From a virus (Duplodnaviria > Caudoviricetes), in the IMG/VR virus record IMGVR_UViG_3300037483_000036, positions 1 to 41,063 of that record: 41,063 nucleotides of DNA. One strand, given 5' to 3'. Position numbers and translations under genes: made by a program. Below, piece after piece: positions 19,007-26,491 of this stretch (position 1 is its first letter; every line of letters starts with the position of its first letter). The notes below the pieces were generated by a model that saw only the letters and a program-made list of their open reading frames with translations, had not been told where the DNA came from and ran no database searches.

Positions 19007-19246
19007 TCATTTCCCAGCAATGGCTCTTGTGAATTCCAAATCGACCCACTCCCCTTTTTGCACATCATCCTCCAACCACCAAACTGGATCGGCAGGAACC
19101 AGCAGACGCGCACCAGGAAGGCCGGCGTGCCCTTTAGCGCACAGAGCAAACGTTGCCGGATAAAACTCTAACTCAGCTTCCGATTTGGCAGACTTTGCCA
19201 ATATTTTACCTTCTGCAATTTTAACTTTGATGGTTTCCATTTTCAT
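19007..19246 (-). CDS. Small hypothetical cargo protein
   Basis: GGAGA-5nt-ATG supplied by repeat copy 1; lower GC than flanks. Confidence 0.6.
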   Translation of the reverse strand: MKMETIKVKIAEGKILAKSAKSEAELEFYPATFALCAKGHAGLPGARLLVPADPVWWLEDDVQKGEWVDLEFTRAIAGK

Positions 19247-19251
19247 TTTCA

Positions 19252-19329
19252 TCTCCATGCCCATTTACCCGGTTAGGCGTTCCGTGTTTCGATGTGTTCA
19301 TTCTACCGACATTTTGCCGCAATGCAAGC
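19252..19329 (-). repeat. 78-bp direct repeat copy 1 containing promoter and RBS
   Basis: 74/78 identical to 19858-19935; minus strand TTGCAT-16-TAGAAT ... GGAGA. Confidence 0.92.
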
Positions 19330-19369
19330 TATTTATTATTATTTGTTTCAATGATCCTCAGTCGGGCTA

Positions 19370-19555
19370 TTAGTCCTCGCCTGCTTCGGTTACCGCGTCG
19401 GCTCCGCGCACGCTGGCGGTCTGGATGATGGTGTTCTGCCCGTCGAGGTCGGGCGACTCAAGCCAGCAGGCCAGATCGTCGGCATCGTCGTCGAAGATGC
19501 CGCAGCCGTGGTGTTTGGCTTCCAGCGCGTCGGGTATTTTAAAAACATTGGGCAT
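19370..19555 (-). CDS. Small acidic hypothetical protein
   Basis: 61 aa, AAAGGA RBS, Asp-rich. Confidence 0.55.
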   Translation of the reverse strand: MPNVFKIPDALEAKHHGCGIFDDDADDLACWLESPDLDGQNTIIQTASVRGADAVTEAGED

Positions 19556-19573
19556 GGTTTTTCCTTTCAGGAA

Positions 19574-19591
19574 GGGCGGCTTGCGCCGCCC
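19574..19591 (-). terminator. GC hairpin (7-bp stem, GCAA loop); weak terminator or processing/stability element
   Basis: GGGCGGC-GCAA-GCCGCCC just after a stop codon; no convincing U-tract. Confidence 0.35.
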
Positions 19592-19597
19592 GAAAAT

Positions 19598-19852
19598 TTA
19601 ACGAAGTGCCACCTGCCACTGAGTCAGGTAGTACAGCCTGTTGTCTGTGACTGGCGCGATTTGCTCGTGCCATTGAACGTCATGGCTGATTTGCAGTTTC
19701 ATTTCGTTCTCAACGATCCAGTCGTTGCCTTTGGCACGGATTTGATCAGCAATCTTTTTTGCGAACTCGCGACCTTTATCGCTGCTCGCTGAATTGTAAA
19801 CAGCGGATGCGATGTCTTCGAAGTTGGCGATGATGGTTTCTGGTGTGAACAT
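19598..19852 (-). CDS. Small hypothetical cargo protein
   Basis: GGAGA-5nt-ATG (MFTPET) supplied by repeat copy 2. Confidence 0.62.
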   Translation of the reverse strand: MFTPETIIANFEDIASAVYNSASSDKGREFAKKIADQIRAKGNDWIVENEMKLQISHDVQWHEQIAPVTDNRLYYLTQWQVALR

Positions 19853-19857
19853 TTTAT

Positions 19858-19935
19858 TCTCCATGCCCATTTACCCGGTTAGGCGTTCCGTGTTTCGATG
19901 TGTCCATTCTACCGACATTCTGCCGTAGTGCAAGC
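19858..19935 (-). repeat. 78-bp direct repeat copy 2 containing promoter and RBS
   Basis: Minus strand TTGCAC-16-TAGAAT ... GGAGA; begins 10 bp after the terS stop. Confidence 0.92.
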
Positions 19936-19945
19936 CCTTTCGTAT

Positions 19946-20686
19946 TTATTTTTCGTCGTCCCCATCGCCCTCAACCCGCTTGCCGTAGAACTGGTCCAGG
20001 CTCATCGGCTGGAAGCTGCCGCCGTTGTTTTTGTGGTTCACATTGTCGGTGAACATGGCGAGGTGCCGGCCTATCAACTCCAGCGCCTTGTCGCGACTGT
20101 GCGTGAGGATCTGCAGACCGTCCTTGGTCTTCTTCGCGCCAGCGTATAACTGGCGGCCAGCGGGCGACAGGTTGCGCGTGTCTTTGATGAGCACGATCTC
20201 CTCACCCATACCGCCGCACTCAGGGCAGTCGGGCAGCGGTGGGAAGCGGCGGTCATAGCCGAGGCCGCCTTTCACGTCGGGCTCGGCGGGTGCAGGCGCG
20301 CGGACACTCGCGGCACGCTCACAGGCGTTGCGGTGAGCCGCCTGGATGTCGTACCACTCGGCGGGCGTATGCTGGTACAGGTGCCCTTCGCCGTAGCAGT
20401 GCCGGCAGGGCACGCGCCGCACTTCGACCAGTTCGTTCGGGTCGGCGGTCACAGTTTGCCAGAGCAGCCGCAGCACGTCGTCCGACGCGATGTCGAGCCG
20501 GTCGGTGCGCTCACGCATCAGCTTGACGATGAGGTCTTGCACGCTAAGATTTTTTAACAGCAGATGACCAAGCACGCCGGCACTCTTCTCGGTTACATCC
20601 GGATAGGCGAGCAGATATGCACGAGTGGCGTTGAACGCACACTCCCCCACGTAAGCCCTGCAAAATATTTCGTCTTTAAGTTCCAT
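19946..20686 (-). CDS. terS: Terminase small subunit with zinc-finger insertion
   Basis: FCRAY...FNATRAY...; CRHC and CPECGG insertion; KALELIGRHLAMF; start MELKDE at 20686. Confidence 0.88.
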   Translation of the reverse strand: MELKDEIFCRAYVGECAFNATRAYLLAYPDVTEKSAGVLGHLLLKNLSVQDLIVKLMRERTDRLDIASDDVLRLLWQTVTADPNELVEVRRVPCRHCYGEGHLYQHTPAEWYDIQAAHRNACERAASVRAPAPAEPDVKGGLGYDRRFPPLPDCPECGGMGEEIVLIKDTRNLSPAGRQLYAGAKKTKDGLQILTHSRDKALELIGRHLAMFTDNVNHKNNGGSFQPMSLDQFYGKRVEGDGDDEK

Positions 20687-20696
20687 AGTGTTGCGG

Positions 20697-20725
20697 AAAA
20701 TACACGCATCGCCCACACAATGCAA
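20697..20725 (-). promoter_or_regulatory. Putative terS promoter
   Basis: TTGCAT-17-TATTTT, 10 bp before ATG (near-leaderless). Confidence 0.45.
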
Positions 20726-20726
20726 G

Positions 20727-21013
20727 GTTACCCACCACACCCCGCAACACCCCAGACACATGGGTAATCACAACCCATTGATTCCCTAACCCCTTATCAC
20801 CCTATACCCCTATACCCTTAACTCTCTCTATTGATAGTAGATAGATTACAGATATTATACGTATGATGTATATCGTTAATACGTATATACATATCTATAC
20901 TAACCGGGAGAATGTTCTAAAAGAGTGAAGCCTGTAGTGGGTTTTAGGTAAAGTGGAACAATCCTTTTGTAATCAACGACACCCACAACCCACAACGAAA
21001 TGCGCGGGGTAAC
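20727..21013. other. AT-rich non-coding region between divergent operons; candidate origin or packaging site
   Basis: Longest intergenic region; AT-rich core ~20820-20900, C-skewed left flank, repeated ATACGTAT, CCCTATAC and CACAAC motifs. Confidence 0.45.
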
Positions 21014-21041
21014 TTGACACCGACCATCGAAGGGCTACAAT
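21014..21041 (+). promoter_or_regulatory. Sigma70-like promoter
   Basis: TTGACA-16-TACAAT upstream of the 21073 ORF. Confidence 0.72.
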
Positions 21042-21072
21042 TACCTACCATCTTAATACTGGTAAACTCATC

Positions 21073-21978
21073 ATGCCTTATTATAGTCTAGTCCACACAG
21101 CTCAAAAGCCCGGCGAGGTGTCGCCCTATCCAACCAACAGGGAGACCGCACGCCGAACACGTAAAGACAAGTACCACAACGATGTCGCGGGCGGTCACTG
21201 CACCAACTGTTCCGACTATACCGACCGCCCGACGTATCGCCGCTACACCACGACCGACGCCTGCGTGAACTGTTGCACCATCGACGCGCTGGAGTTGTAC
21301 GGCCTGGCCATCACCCGGTCGCACATCGCCCGCATCGGCGAGCAGTGGTTCGTCGTCGGGTCGGTTGTGCAGCCCGTCGGTGTGCCGCGTGTGGACAAGG
21401 CCTACCGCGCCATCAACGACGAGACCCTCGCGCGATACATCGACGCGCTGGATATGCTGGGCTGCCTGGATGCCAACAACACCGACCCCGACCCCGACAC
21501 CGTGCGGGCCGTCCAGCGCGCCGCGATCAACCCTATCGAAGCGTCGCAATGGGGTCGCCAGTTCTACGTATCGGAGAACCCCTGCGCGAAGTCGGGCCAC
21601 ATCCACGTCCGCGATGCTGAGACCACCATGTGCCGTTACTGCGCGACCGACACCTCCCCCCGCCAAGCAGCCCTAGCAGCCGGTGATCGCTGGTACACAC
21701 CCGACACACCGTGCAAGCGTTGCGGCACGATGGCGCCGAAGATGGTGGCGAACGGTCAGTGTTCCGGCTGTACCGGCGAGCAGCCCACCGACAAGAAGGA
21801 CGGCCGCAGTACGCCCGACGCCGAATTGATGCGCGCCCAGCCCGACATGTTGATCGAGCGCACCGACGCACGGCTGCTCGGCATGCGCGTATACCGCACC
21901 GGCAGAGCATGCCAGCGCGGTCACACGGGATTCCGATATGTATCAACGGGGAGTTGTATCGACTGCTTGAGGGGTTGA
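21073..21978 (+). CDS. Cys-rich protein with about four zinc-binding repeats
   Basis: Repeated R..A...G...Y....C..(G)H/C...........C..C modules. Confidence 0.68.
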   Translation: MPYYSLVHTAQKPGEVSPYPTNRETARRTRKDKYHNDVAGGHCTNCSDYTDRPTYRRYTTTDACVNCCTIDALELYGLAITRSHIARIGEQWFVVGSVVQPVGVPRVDKAYRAINDETLARYIDALDMLGCLDANNTDPDPDTVRAVQRAAINPIEASQWGRQFYVSENPCAKSGHIHVRDAETTMCRYCATDTSPRQAALAAGDRWYTPDTPCKRCGTMAPKMVANGQCSGCTGEQPTDKKDGRSTPDAELMRAQPDMLIERTDARLLGMRVYRTGRACQRGHTGFRYVSTGSCIDCLRG

Positions 21979-22116
21979 TGGCGTCGTAGCAGCACACCGA
22001 TCACACACGCATCGCTGATTGCCGAACCACGTAGCGCCGCACCGGTCGCAAGTGTTCCACACCTCCGGGGCGAAACGCGGTGCGCTCACCCCGCCGGATT
22101 CGTATTGGTCGGTCAT
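21943..22116 (-). CDS. Small Cys-rich hypothetical protein
   Basis: GGAGGGG RBS then MTDQYE; CDRC...C.CDRC. Confidence 0.45.
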   Translation of the reverse strand: MTDQYESGGVSAPRFAPEVWNTCDRCGATWFGNQRCVCDRCAATTPSTPQAVDTTPR

Positions 22117-22120
22117 GTTG

Positions 22121-22204
22121 TCAGCCCCTCCAAGTGTCGAAATGATTCTCCGGGTATCCAGCCAACACAATCCGACAATCTCCTTGCAATACGTTGTAAC
22201 TCAC
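22121..22204 (-). pseudogene. N-terminal stub of an N6-adenine/N4-cytosine DNA methyltransferase
   Basis: GTG-start 27-aa ORF MSYNVLQGDCRIVLAGYPENHFDTWRG*, matching the typical LxGDC..L...P.N.FD lead-in that normally precedes the DPPY motif, which is missing. Confidence 0.7.
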
Positions 22205-22208
22205 CGTC

Positions 22209-23957
22209 TCATCTCCCTATAGTCTCACTCACCTTACCGGCCAACCCTAAAGCCTGCTCGGTATCCAACGACATGGCCGACAGAACGTCGACCCCAAAAG
22301 CATGATAGAACCGCCGATACGCTTCGGCGTCCGACCGTCCAGCGTCCCGATGATGTGCCGCCCACCACTCCATCGCCGTCCGCAAGAGCTGCTGCGCGTC
22401 CTGGCGCCGCACATGCGCCTTGACGTTCGCGTGCTGGCCGGCAACCGGGCAGTGCTGGCGCTGTAACTGTGTGCGATAGTCGGCGGGCGATTGATCGACC
22501 CGCCCCACTTCGCCGCGCAGCCTGGACATCGTTTCGGCGTCCAGCTCGGCCAGATCACCGTCGACGAACTCCGGCGCATTACGTGCAGCCGGTTCGGGCT
22601 TGTGACCACAATACGGACAGGCGGCATAGAACCGCTCATACACCTGCAGGCATTCCACGTTCAGGCAGGACCGCAATGGGATCACATCGTCGGCAGGCCC
22701 GCGCGTCTTCCGGTCGCGGCCGTCCAGCGACCAGATTTGATTGTGTACCGCGTCGGGCGGCCCCTTGAACCGTTCGACGTTCCCCACGTGATCAATGATA
22801 ACGGCCTTCGGCTTGCGGCTGGCAGCGATGGCGGCGAGTCGGCCTTCGCGCGTCTCAGGCGTGGCGCAGTCCAACATCAGGCGCAGCGCCCGGCCCCACT
22901 GCTGGGCGTAGAGCGCGAAGCTCTCAGTCGGGCGGGCCATGATCACCACCTCGATGGCGGGCAGGTCGAAGCCCTCACCGAACAGATCCACGTTCACCAG
23001 CATCATCAGGTCGCCGCGCCGGAACTTCTCGATGATATCGGCGCGCAGGTTGTCCGGGGTTTTGGCGCTCACAACCTCAGCCCGCACGCCTGCTTTGTTG
23101 AACTTCGCGGCGATATCGGCGGCCGTCTCCACATCGGTGGCGAACGTAACGCCGCGCTTGCCGGGTGTCCACTTGAGATAGTGCTCAGCCACATCGCCGA
23201 TCAGGTGCGACTTGCGGACGGCGGTCTTTAGCTTGGCTTTCGAAAAGTCACCGTCCGCCCCGGTCGTCACACCGGACAGATCAATATCCGAACGCGGCGC
23301 GATGATGCGGTAATCGGTCAGCCACCCGTCGTTAATCAGCTCGCGCATAGTGGGACCGGTCACCATCGCGTCGAGCACACCGTGAGCATGCCGCCCGAGG
23401 CCTTTACCGTCCGCGCGCACAGGTGTTGCGGTGACGACCAGACCGCGAGCGTGCGGGAACATCGCCGCCGCCTTACCCCATTTGTTGTCGGCGAGCAGAT
23501 GGTGGCCTTCGTCAATCACCCACATGGCTATCCGGTGTGCCCACTGTTGCACCTCAAGCGGCCTGGCGATCAGCGTATCCACCCCCGCGCAGACGCAGTG
23601 CGCCCGAGGATCGACGAAGTTCGCCCCCAGCTCGACCATGTGCATCTTGACGATACGTCGCACCACCTGTTTCGGTGCGACGACACGATGGCGCACGCCA
23701 CACCGCGCCAGTGCCAGCGACATCTGCCCGACCAGTTCCTGCCGGTGAGCGATGGCAATCGTGGCGGCGGCACCCGATCCGGCGACGAGCTGCGCGATGT
23801 AATCCTGCTCGGACAGCACACCGCTGAACACCACCGTCTTTCCCGCACCTGTCGGAAGCACCGCCATGACGTTCTGGTGACCGGCGGCGAACGCGGCTTT
23901 GATGTTGGCGACAAGCTGCGCCTGGTAGGGTCGGAATTGGATCATTTGGTCAGTCAT
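22209..23957 (-). CDS. Superfamily 2 DEAD/DEAH-box helicase
   Basis: RPYQ, LPTGAGKT, VIDEGHH, TATP.R, EGFDLP, QQWGRALR, C-terminal zinc finger. Confidence 0.92.
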   Translation of the reverse strand: MTDQMIQFRPYQAQLVANIKAAFAAGHQNVMAVLPTGAGKTVVFSGVLSEQDYIAQLVAGSGAAATIAIAHRQELVGQMSLALARCGVRHRVVAPKQVVRRIVKMHMVELGANFVDPRAHCVCAGVDTLIARPLEVQQWAHRIAMWVIDEGHHLLADNKWGKAAAMFPHARGLVVTATPVRADGKGLGRHAHGVLDAMVTGPTMRELINDGWLTDYRIIAPRSDIDLSGVTTGADGDFSKAKLKTAVRKSHLIGDVAEHYLKWTPGKRGVTFATDVETAADIAAKFNKAGVRAEVVSAKTPDNLRADIIEKFRRGDLMMLVNVDLFGEGFDLPAIEVVIMARPTESFALYAQQWGRALRLMLDCATPETREGRLAAIAASRKPKAVIIDHVGNVERFKGPPDAVHNQIWSLDGRDRKTRGPADDVIPLRSCLNVECLQVYERFYAACPYCGHKPEPAARNAPEFVDGDLAELDAETMSRLRGEVGRVDQSPADYRTQLQRQHCPVAGQHANVKAHVRRQDAQQLLRTAMEWWAAHHRDAGRSDAEAYRRFYHAFGVDVLSAMSLDTEQALGLAGKVSETIGR

Positions 23958-23959
23958 CT

Positions 23960-24349
23960 CTAAAATAGTCGTAATTGTTCGGGATCGCTGAACAGATCCC
24001 CGTGCCATTCGCACCACGCGTTGCCCTTGCTGAAGTTCAGCTTCGCGGGTTCAACCTCAAGATTCCACGGCACATGTAGCCCGCAGACTCGAGGATGGTT
24101 CAGCGGTGTCTTGTGCCCAACAGTCCACAGCACTCCGGTCTCCAGCGTGAGCCGCGCCGCCTCAACATAAAATGGCTTGATGTCCCGCATGTCAACCCAC
24201 GGCGGCGTGGCCAGAATGCGCTGCACCATCCACTTACGGCGCCACGATGGTGGGAGACAGTCCCAACTCCCCGCACCGGCAAGCAGCTTCGCCCGAATTG
24301 TGCGGCACGCCCTCGCCCCGAAACTACCGACCCGTGACATATCGCTCAC
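23960..24349 (-). CDS. HNH endonuclease-like protein (possibly degenerate)
   Basis: ATPPW...TVGHKTPL...VCGLHVPWNL....LNFSKGN. Confidence 0.78.
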   Translation of the reverse strand: MSDMSRVGSFGARACRTIRAKLLAGAGSWDCLPPSWRRKWMVQRILATPPWVDMRDIKPFYVEAARLTLETGVLWTVGHKTPLNHPRVCGLHVPWNLEVEPAKLNFSKGNAWCEWHGDLFSDPEQLRLF

Positions 24350-24620
24350 TATGATGTTGTTCAGCCTTCGGGTTCCCGTAGCAATACTTACTGCCTAAAC
24401 GGTGAGGGAACCAATACCCACCGCAGTTACACGTCTTGCCCCGACCCCAGACCTCGTGCCGGGTGCGCCACTTATCAACGAACCACCGCCGCGCCCCACA
24501 GCCTGGACACCGTGGCATATACCGTCGATCAGTGTACTGCTCCGGGCGCTGGGCGAGTGACCGCCGCGTGAAGCACACCGCGCCGTTGATTCGGTTGCCG
24601 CATCGACAGGGGATGGTCAT
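24324..24620 (-). CDS. Small zinc-finger hypothetical protein
   Basis: CRC...C...CPGC...CNCGGYWFPHRLGSKYC; AGGA RBS. Confidence 0.65.
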   Translation of the reverse strand: MTIPCRCGNRINGAVCFTRRSLAQRPEQYTDRRYMPRCPGCGARRWFVDKWRTRHEVWGRGKTCNCGGYWFPHRLGSKYCYGNPKAEQHHSERYVTGR

Positions 24621-24642
24621 CTGGTTCCTGATCGTTAATTAG

Positions 24643-24690
24643 GTGTTGACAGGCCGAATACTAGCAGTTAAAGTGCAGGCCCGTCAACAC
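24643..24690. promoter_or_regulatory. Overlapping divergent promoters inside a 13-bp inverted repeat
   Basis: Plus: TTGACA-17-TAAAGT; minus: TTGACG-18-TAGTAT; arms GTGTTGACAGGCC / GGCCCGTCAACAC (12/13). Confidence 0.72.
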
Positions 24691-24713
24691 TAAAACGAAG
24701 AAAGGAAGCACAA

Positions 24714-25667
24714 ATGAATCACATCAGTCTGACCATCCCGGCAGATGACCCCCGCGCCCTTGTGGCCGGTGCGGTCATGTTGCTCACTGCTGCGGGCAAG
24801 CTGCCCGAGATCGACCTGGATGATCTGTCCGGCAAGACGTGCACCGGCTCCGGCTCGTGCGGCGGTCACCATCACGGTCCCGAGGTGGCTGCTGCGCCCA
24901 CCCCTTTACCCCCTGCCCACTCTACTGCGGCTGCCGATCAGTCGCAGACTGCCCCCGTGGTGGATTCTTCAGCAACGCCGCCCGCAGTATCGGCCCCTGT
25001 ACCGCCAGCCGGTCAGCCGGCATCTGCCCCGACGGCACCTGCAGCCCCTTCGAACCCTGCCGCAGGCGTTGAGCTCGACACCGACGCGCTGCCATGGGAT
25101 GCCCGCATCCACTCCAGCAGCCATGCCCGCAACGCTGACGGCCGGTGGAAGCGCAAGCGCAATATCAACGAGACGCTGATCGCACGGGTTGAAGCCGAAC
25201 TGCACGCGGTGATGGCGCTGCCGTCGCCCGGACCTGTGGTGTCGGTAATCGATGGTCGAAGTGTCATCACCGAGGTGTCCCCCGACCCTGCCAATCGGCG
25301 ACAGGTTGGCGACGTGGTTGGGCACATCGAGGGCGTCGCACCAGTACGCCCCCCGCTCGGTGGTACATGGCCCACGGCCCCGGCACCGCTCAACCCAGCC
25401 GGAGCGGCTGCCCCCGTGTGGCCGTTCCCCAACCCCGGCGAGACTCCAGCACCGCCGCCCCCACCCCCCGCCGCCACAGTGTCCGACTTCCCGTCGTTCC
25501 TCAAGTCGGTCTCCGGTCTGGTGCAGGCCCAGCGTATCACCATGCCGCGCGTCAATGACATCCTGGCCGCAGCCGGTGTGCCGAATCTCAGCGCCCTGGG
25601 TACGCGGCCCGACCTCATCCCGGCAATCTGGATGCAGATCGACAGCGAGACTGGGGGTGCACTGTGA
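24714..25667 (+). CDS. Pro/Ala-rich early protein with LPWDxRIH domain
   Basis: AAAGGAAG RBS; ELDTDALPWDARIHSS...DGRWKRKR core between low-complexity linkers. Confidence 0.7.
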   Translation: MNHISLTIPADDPRALVAGAVMLLTAAGKLPEIDLDDLSGKTCTGSGSCGGHHHGPEVAAAPTPLPPAHSTAAADQSQTAPVVDSSATPPAVSAPVPPAGQPASAPTAPAAPSNPAAGVELDTDALPWDARIHSSSHARNADGRWKRKRNINETLIARVEAELHAVMALPSPGPVVSVIDGRSVITEVSPDPANRRQVGDVVGHIEGVAPVRPPLGGTWPTAPAPLNPAGAAAPVWPFPNPGETPAPPPPPPAATVSDFPSFLKSVSGLVQAQRITMPRVNDILAAAGVPNLSALGTRPDLIPAIWMQIDSETGGAL

Positions 25668-26491
25668 AAAAAGCACTTAAACATAAAAAGCAAGTTGTAT
25701 CCCACGTGGTCAACGGTTTACGGGTCGAGGGCTCCCACAACGGTGTGTGGGGCAACCTGTCCGGTGTGTCGGGCGACCTGTCTGATGTGTCGGGCAACCT
25801 GTCCGGTGTGTGGGGCGACCTGTCCGGTGTGTCGGGCGACCTGTCCGGTGTGTCGGGCGACCTGTCCGGTGTGTCGGGCGACCTGTCCGGTGTGTCGGGC
25901 GACCTGTCCGGTGTGTCGGGCGACCTGTCTGATGTGTCGGGCAACCTGTCCGGTGTGCGGGGCGACCTGTCTGATGTGTCGGGCGACCTGTTCGGTGTGT
26001 GGGGCAACCTGTCCGGTGTGTCGGGCGACCTGTCCGGTGTGCGGGGCGACCTGTCCGGTGTGTGGGGCAACCTGTCCGGTGTGTCGGGCGACCTGTTCGG
26101 TGTGTGGGGCAACCTGTCCGGTGTGTCGGGCGACCTGTTCGGGGTGTGGGGCAACCTGTCCGGTGTGTCGGGCGACCTGTCTGATGTGTCGGGCAACCTG
26201 TCCGGTGTGTGGGGCAACCTGTCCGGTGTGTCGGGCGACCTGTCCGGTGTGTCGGGCGACCTGTCCGGTGTGTCGGGCGACCTGTCCGGTGTGTCGGGCG
26301 ACCTGTCCGGTGTGCGGGGCGACCTGTCCGGTGTGTCGGGCGACCTGTCTGATGTGTCGGGCAACCTGTCCGGTGTGCGGGGCGACCTGTCTGATGTGTC
26401 GGGCGACCTGTCCGATTGCGAAATCACGGAGGAGGAACGTGCGAAAGGTGTGCGTATCTCGGATTTGATCGACAGCGAGACGGTGCAATGA
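25664..26491 (+). CDS. Heptapeptide-repeat protein (G[DN]L[SF][GD]V[SWR])x32
   Basis: GTG start overlaps upstream TGA and its TGA overlaps the downstream ATG, identifying this as the coding frame. Confidence 0.75.
   Translation: MKKALKHKKQVVSHVVNGLRVEGSHNGVWGNLSGVSGDLSDVSGNLSGVWGDLSGVSGDLSGVSGDLSGVSGDLSGVSGDLSGVSGDLSDVSGNLSGVRGDLSDVSGDLFGVWGNLSGVSGDLSGVRGDLSGVWGNLSGVSGDLFGVWGNLSGVSGDLFGVWGNLSGVSGDLSDVSGNLSGVWGNLSGVSGDLSGVSGDLSGVSGDLSGVSGDLSGVRGDLSGVSGDLSDVSGNLSGVRGDLSDVSGDLSDCEITEEERAKGVRISDLIDSETVQ
25742..26416. repeat. 21-bp tandem repeat array, ~32 units (GGCGACCTGTCCGGTGTGTCG consensus)
   Basis: Counted from sequence and translation; no spacers. Confidence 0.96.

Noticed and set aside
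25742-26416. CRISPR array (repeat next to a Cas4-like nuclease)
   Set aside because: Units are contiguous 21-mers with no unique spacers and form a coupled ORF; the nuclease is the standard phage replication-module type.
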